From Candidatus Micrarchaeota archaeon (lineage in GTDB: Archaea; Micrarchaeota; Micrarchaeia; Micrarchaeales; CABMGC01): a DNA stretch of 64,000 bases. The DNA lies in the NCBI GenBank assembly GCA_021817325.1, contig JAKAVK010000022.1, positions 1,077 to 65,076 on the forward strand, read 5' to 3'. The notes beneath the pieces are model-generated. The model was not told the DNA's origin. It was given only the letters and a program-made list of their open reading frames with translations, and made no database searches. A program made the position numbers and the translations under genes. Below, piece after piece: positions 62,449 to 64,000 of this stretch (position 1 is the first letter of the stretch; each line of letters opens with the position of its first letter).

Positions 62449-63588
62449 TTAAGAGGACTTGGCTGTCTTCCTGAGCAGGGGATCGAACTTGTCGAAGAAT
62501 GCGTCCCATGTGTATCTTGTCGTTGCCAGCTTCCTGCCATCCTTGCCCATCTTTGTCGCGGCGCTCTGGTGCTCTGCGATAAACTGCATTCGATCGGCCA
62601 TCTCTGCAGGGGAATTCACAAGGAAGCCGGTTTTGCCGTCCAGTATGACCTCCCTTGGCCCGCCCTCATTAACGGCTATTACTGGTTTTGAGCTTGCCAT
62701 CCCCTCCAGTGGGACTAGGCCGAAGTCCTCGTTTATTGGCGCGTACACCACTGCACTGCACCTTGAGTACAGGCTTATCAGCTCCCTGTCGCTTATATCT
62801 GTCCTTATCTCGATCCTGTACCCAGCGGAAAGCTTCCTGAGCTTATCTGCGTAAGCCCTGTGCTCCGGATCCCTTGATACAGGACCGGCCATGATGAGTT
62901 TGTAGTTCTTCTTTGATCTCTTTGCAAAGTGCCTGAAGGCGTCCACCACATAGTCCTGCCTCTTGTTTACCACTATCCTTGAAGGGTAGAAGAAGAATTT
63001 CTCATCCCCGTTGTTGCTGAACTCTGAATAGTCAAGTCCCGGGCCCGGGTTGATTACTGTCGCATCCCTGCCGTAGTATCTTGATATCCTCTCCTTTGTG
63101 TTGTTGCTGTTTGCCGCTATCTGTTCTATGTTCCTGACTATGCCCTTTGCAATCAGCTTGTAGGTGCTGGTCATCGCAGCATACAGCAGCTTCTCTCTCC
63201 CTGATCTATTCCTCATGCGCACATGATAGAGGTCATAGACCTCGCGGGGAGGTGTGTGGCAGTACCACACAACCCTCTTGTTCTTGTGCCTTATCCATTC
63301 ACTCGGGGAGATGTGCGAGTTTATGACATCGTAGTCCTCCTTTATCTTGAGGTTGTAGAAGTTGTATCCGTACCTGAAACCCTGCGATGCACGATATGGC
63401 AGCAGCCTTGAGACGCTTTCATTTTTACCCAGTATCTTCACTTCGACATCCCCGAATTCAGGGAACGTGCCCTTCCGGTCGTACTCTAGGGTGTATATCG
63501 GCGCCTTGTAATGCTGCGCTATCTTGAGTATGACTCTCTCGAACCCTCCCTTCAAGTTCAGATACGGCTGCATTAAGAGTAGCTTCAA
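62449..63588 (-). CDS. GT-B glycosyltransferase, family 4-like
   Basis: 'EDFGLVPLEGMASSKPVIAVNEGGPREVI' is the E-x7-E region. 379 aa. Confidence 0.8.
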   Translation of the reverse strand: MKLLLMQPYLNLKGGFERVILKIAQHYKAPIYTLEYDRKGTFPEFGDVEVKILGKNESVSRLLPYRASQGFRYGYNFYNLKIKEDYDVINSHISPSEWIRHKNKRVVWYCHTPPREVYDLYHVRMRNRSGREKLLYAAMTSTYKLIAKGIVRNIEQIAANSNNTKERISRYYGRDATVINPGPGLDYSEFSNNGDEKFFFYPSRIVVNKRQDYVVDAFRHFAKRSKKNYKLIMAGPVSRDPEHRAYADKLRKLSAGYRIEIRTDISDRELISLYSRCSAVVYAPINEDFGLVPLEGMASSKPVIAVNEGGPREVILDGKTGFLVNSPAEMADRMQFIAEHQSAATKMGKDGRKLATTRYTWDAFFDKFDPLLRKTAKSS

Positions 63589-63627
63589 GGTCCACCACCA
63601 TTATCCAAGACGTGGCGCGCAACGCTG

Positions 63628-64000
63628 TCAACCAGGTACCGTATAGTTGTTCTTAATCCAGCTTGGCTTTGCGGTATGAGGCGGATTGCCACCAGTGTAG
63701 TTGTTAAGCGCATATATTACGACCTTGCTCGTGCTGTTTACATAGTTTATTCCGGTGAAGTTCGCCGGATAGACGCGCGTGAACCCAGGCAGATGGCCGA
63801 GGAAGTATCCCTTGTAGTAGTTTGACTGATAGAATTCAGACGGAGCGTCGGTTATGGTATCATTCGGCCCGTTAGGCGCATAGATCAGTATGAATGTATA
63901 GAATACCTGACCCTGTATCTGGGTCAGCCCTTCGAACAGAGGCGTCGTAACAAGTATGTTGGTCTTCGTGCCATTTGGGTTCAGCAGGTACGTGGGATTT
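63628..64000 (-). CDS. C-terminal fragment of a secreted/glycosylated or membrane protein (N-terminus beyond window)
   Basis: Not in the track. My minus-strand translation is ...NPTYLLNPNGTKTNILVTTPLFEGLTQIQGQVFYTFILIYAPNGPNDTITDAPSEFYQSNYYKGYFLGHLPGFTRVYPANFTGINYVNSTSKVVIYALNNYTGGNPPHTAKPSWIKNNYTVPG*, with the stop at 63628-63630. It has several N-x-S/T sequons and lies upstream of the glycosyltransferase on the same strand. Confidence 0.5.
   Translation of the reverse strand, partial: NPTYLLNPNGTKTNILVTTPLFEGLTQIQGQVFYTFILIYAPNGPNDTITDAPSEFYQSNYYKGYFLGHLPGFTRVYPANFTGINYVNSTSKVVIYALNNYTGGNPPHTAKPSWIKNNYTVPG

Noticed and set aside
1-64000. CRISPR arrays, rRNA genes, IS elements, integrases, prophage hallmarks
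   Set aside because: I looked for spaced direct repeats, rRNA-like conserved strings and transposase or integrase-like ORFs and saw none. The only repeat structure is the small MITE-like unit at 36.8 kb.

Overview
This is a tightly packed archaeal chromosomal window. I saw no rRNA, CRISPR array, transposase or integrase.

**Core genes that mark it as archaeal**
- RNA polymerase operon rpoH-rpoB''-rpoB'-[two ankyrin-like ORFs]-rpoA'-rpoA'' (27.5-35.7 kb).
- PolD small and large subunits (48.6-53.6 kb).
- Thermosome, Sm-like protein and TrpRS.
- L14e and L34e with archaeal adk, cmk and a DUF106 (YidC/EMC3-like) gene.
- A bacterial-type grpE-dnaK-dnaJ operon.

**Metabolic and accessory content**
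- A non-phosphorylative Entner-Doudoroff-like set: sugar-acid dehydratase (cut by the left edge), a KDG-aldolase-like DapA homolog and a glucose-dehydrogenase-like MDR enzyme. A ROK kinase lies further on.
- An nspC plus carboxynorspermidine-synthase-like pair next to an APC permease.
- A MenA-like prenyltransferase, heme O synthase and a large His-motif membrane protein, bracketed by paralogous rhodanese-like genes.

**tRNAs**
Two tRNAs (Ala-GGC, Arg-UCU) each carry a bulge-helix-bulge intron at the same non-canonical T-loop position (59/60).

**Lineage**
PolD, split rpoB and T-loop introns suggest a DPANN (Micrarchaeota-like) or Thermoplasmata-related lineage. This is inference only.

**Best candidate for an undescribed system (18.0-22.6 kb)**
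- Three tandem large ORFs sit here. The first two are clearly paralogous, and all three show distant DIT1/PvcA-like motifs (judged from memory, not searched).
- A 445-bp internal gap holds a promoter-equipped Cys-rich 33-codon mini-ORF.
- No recognisable partner enzymes are present.

**Other items worth a second look**
- The ankyrin pair inside the RNAP operon.
- A HerA/FtsK-like ATPase-wHTH fusion with membrane-tethered ArsR and GIDE-like neighbours.
- A MITE-like element with a 9-bp direct repeat and 10-bp inverted repeat.
- A nuclease-like ORF inserted in the conserved adk...L14e cluster.
- Several structured or ambiguous intergenic stretches.
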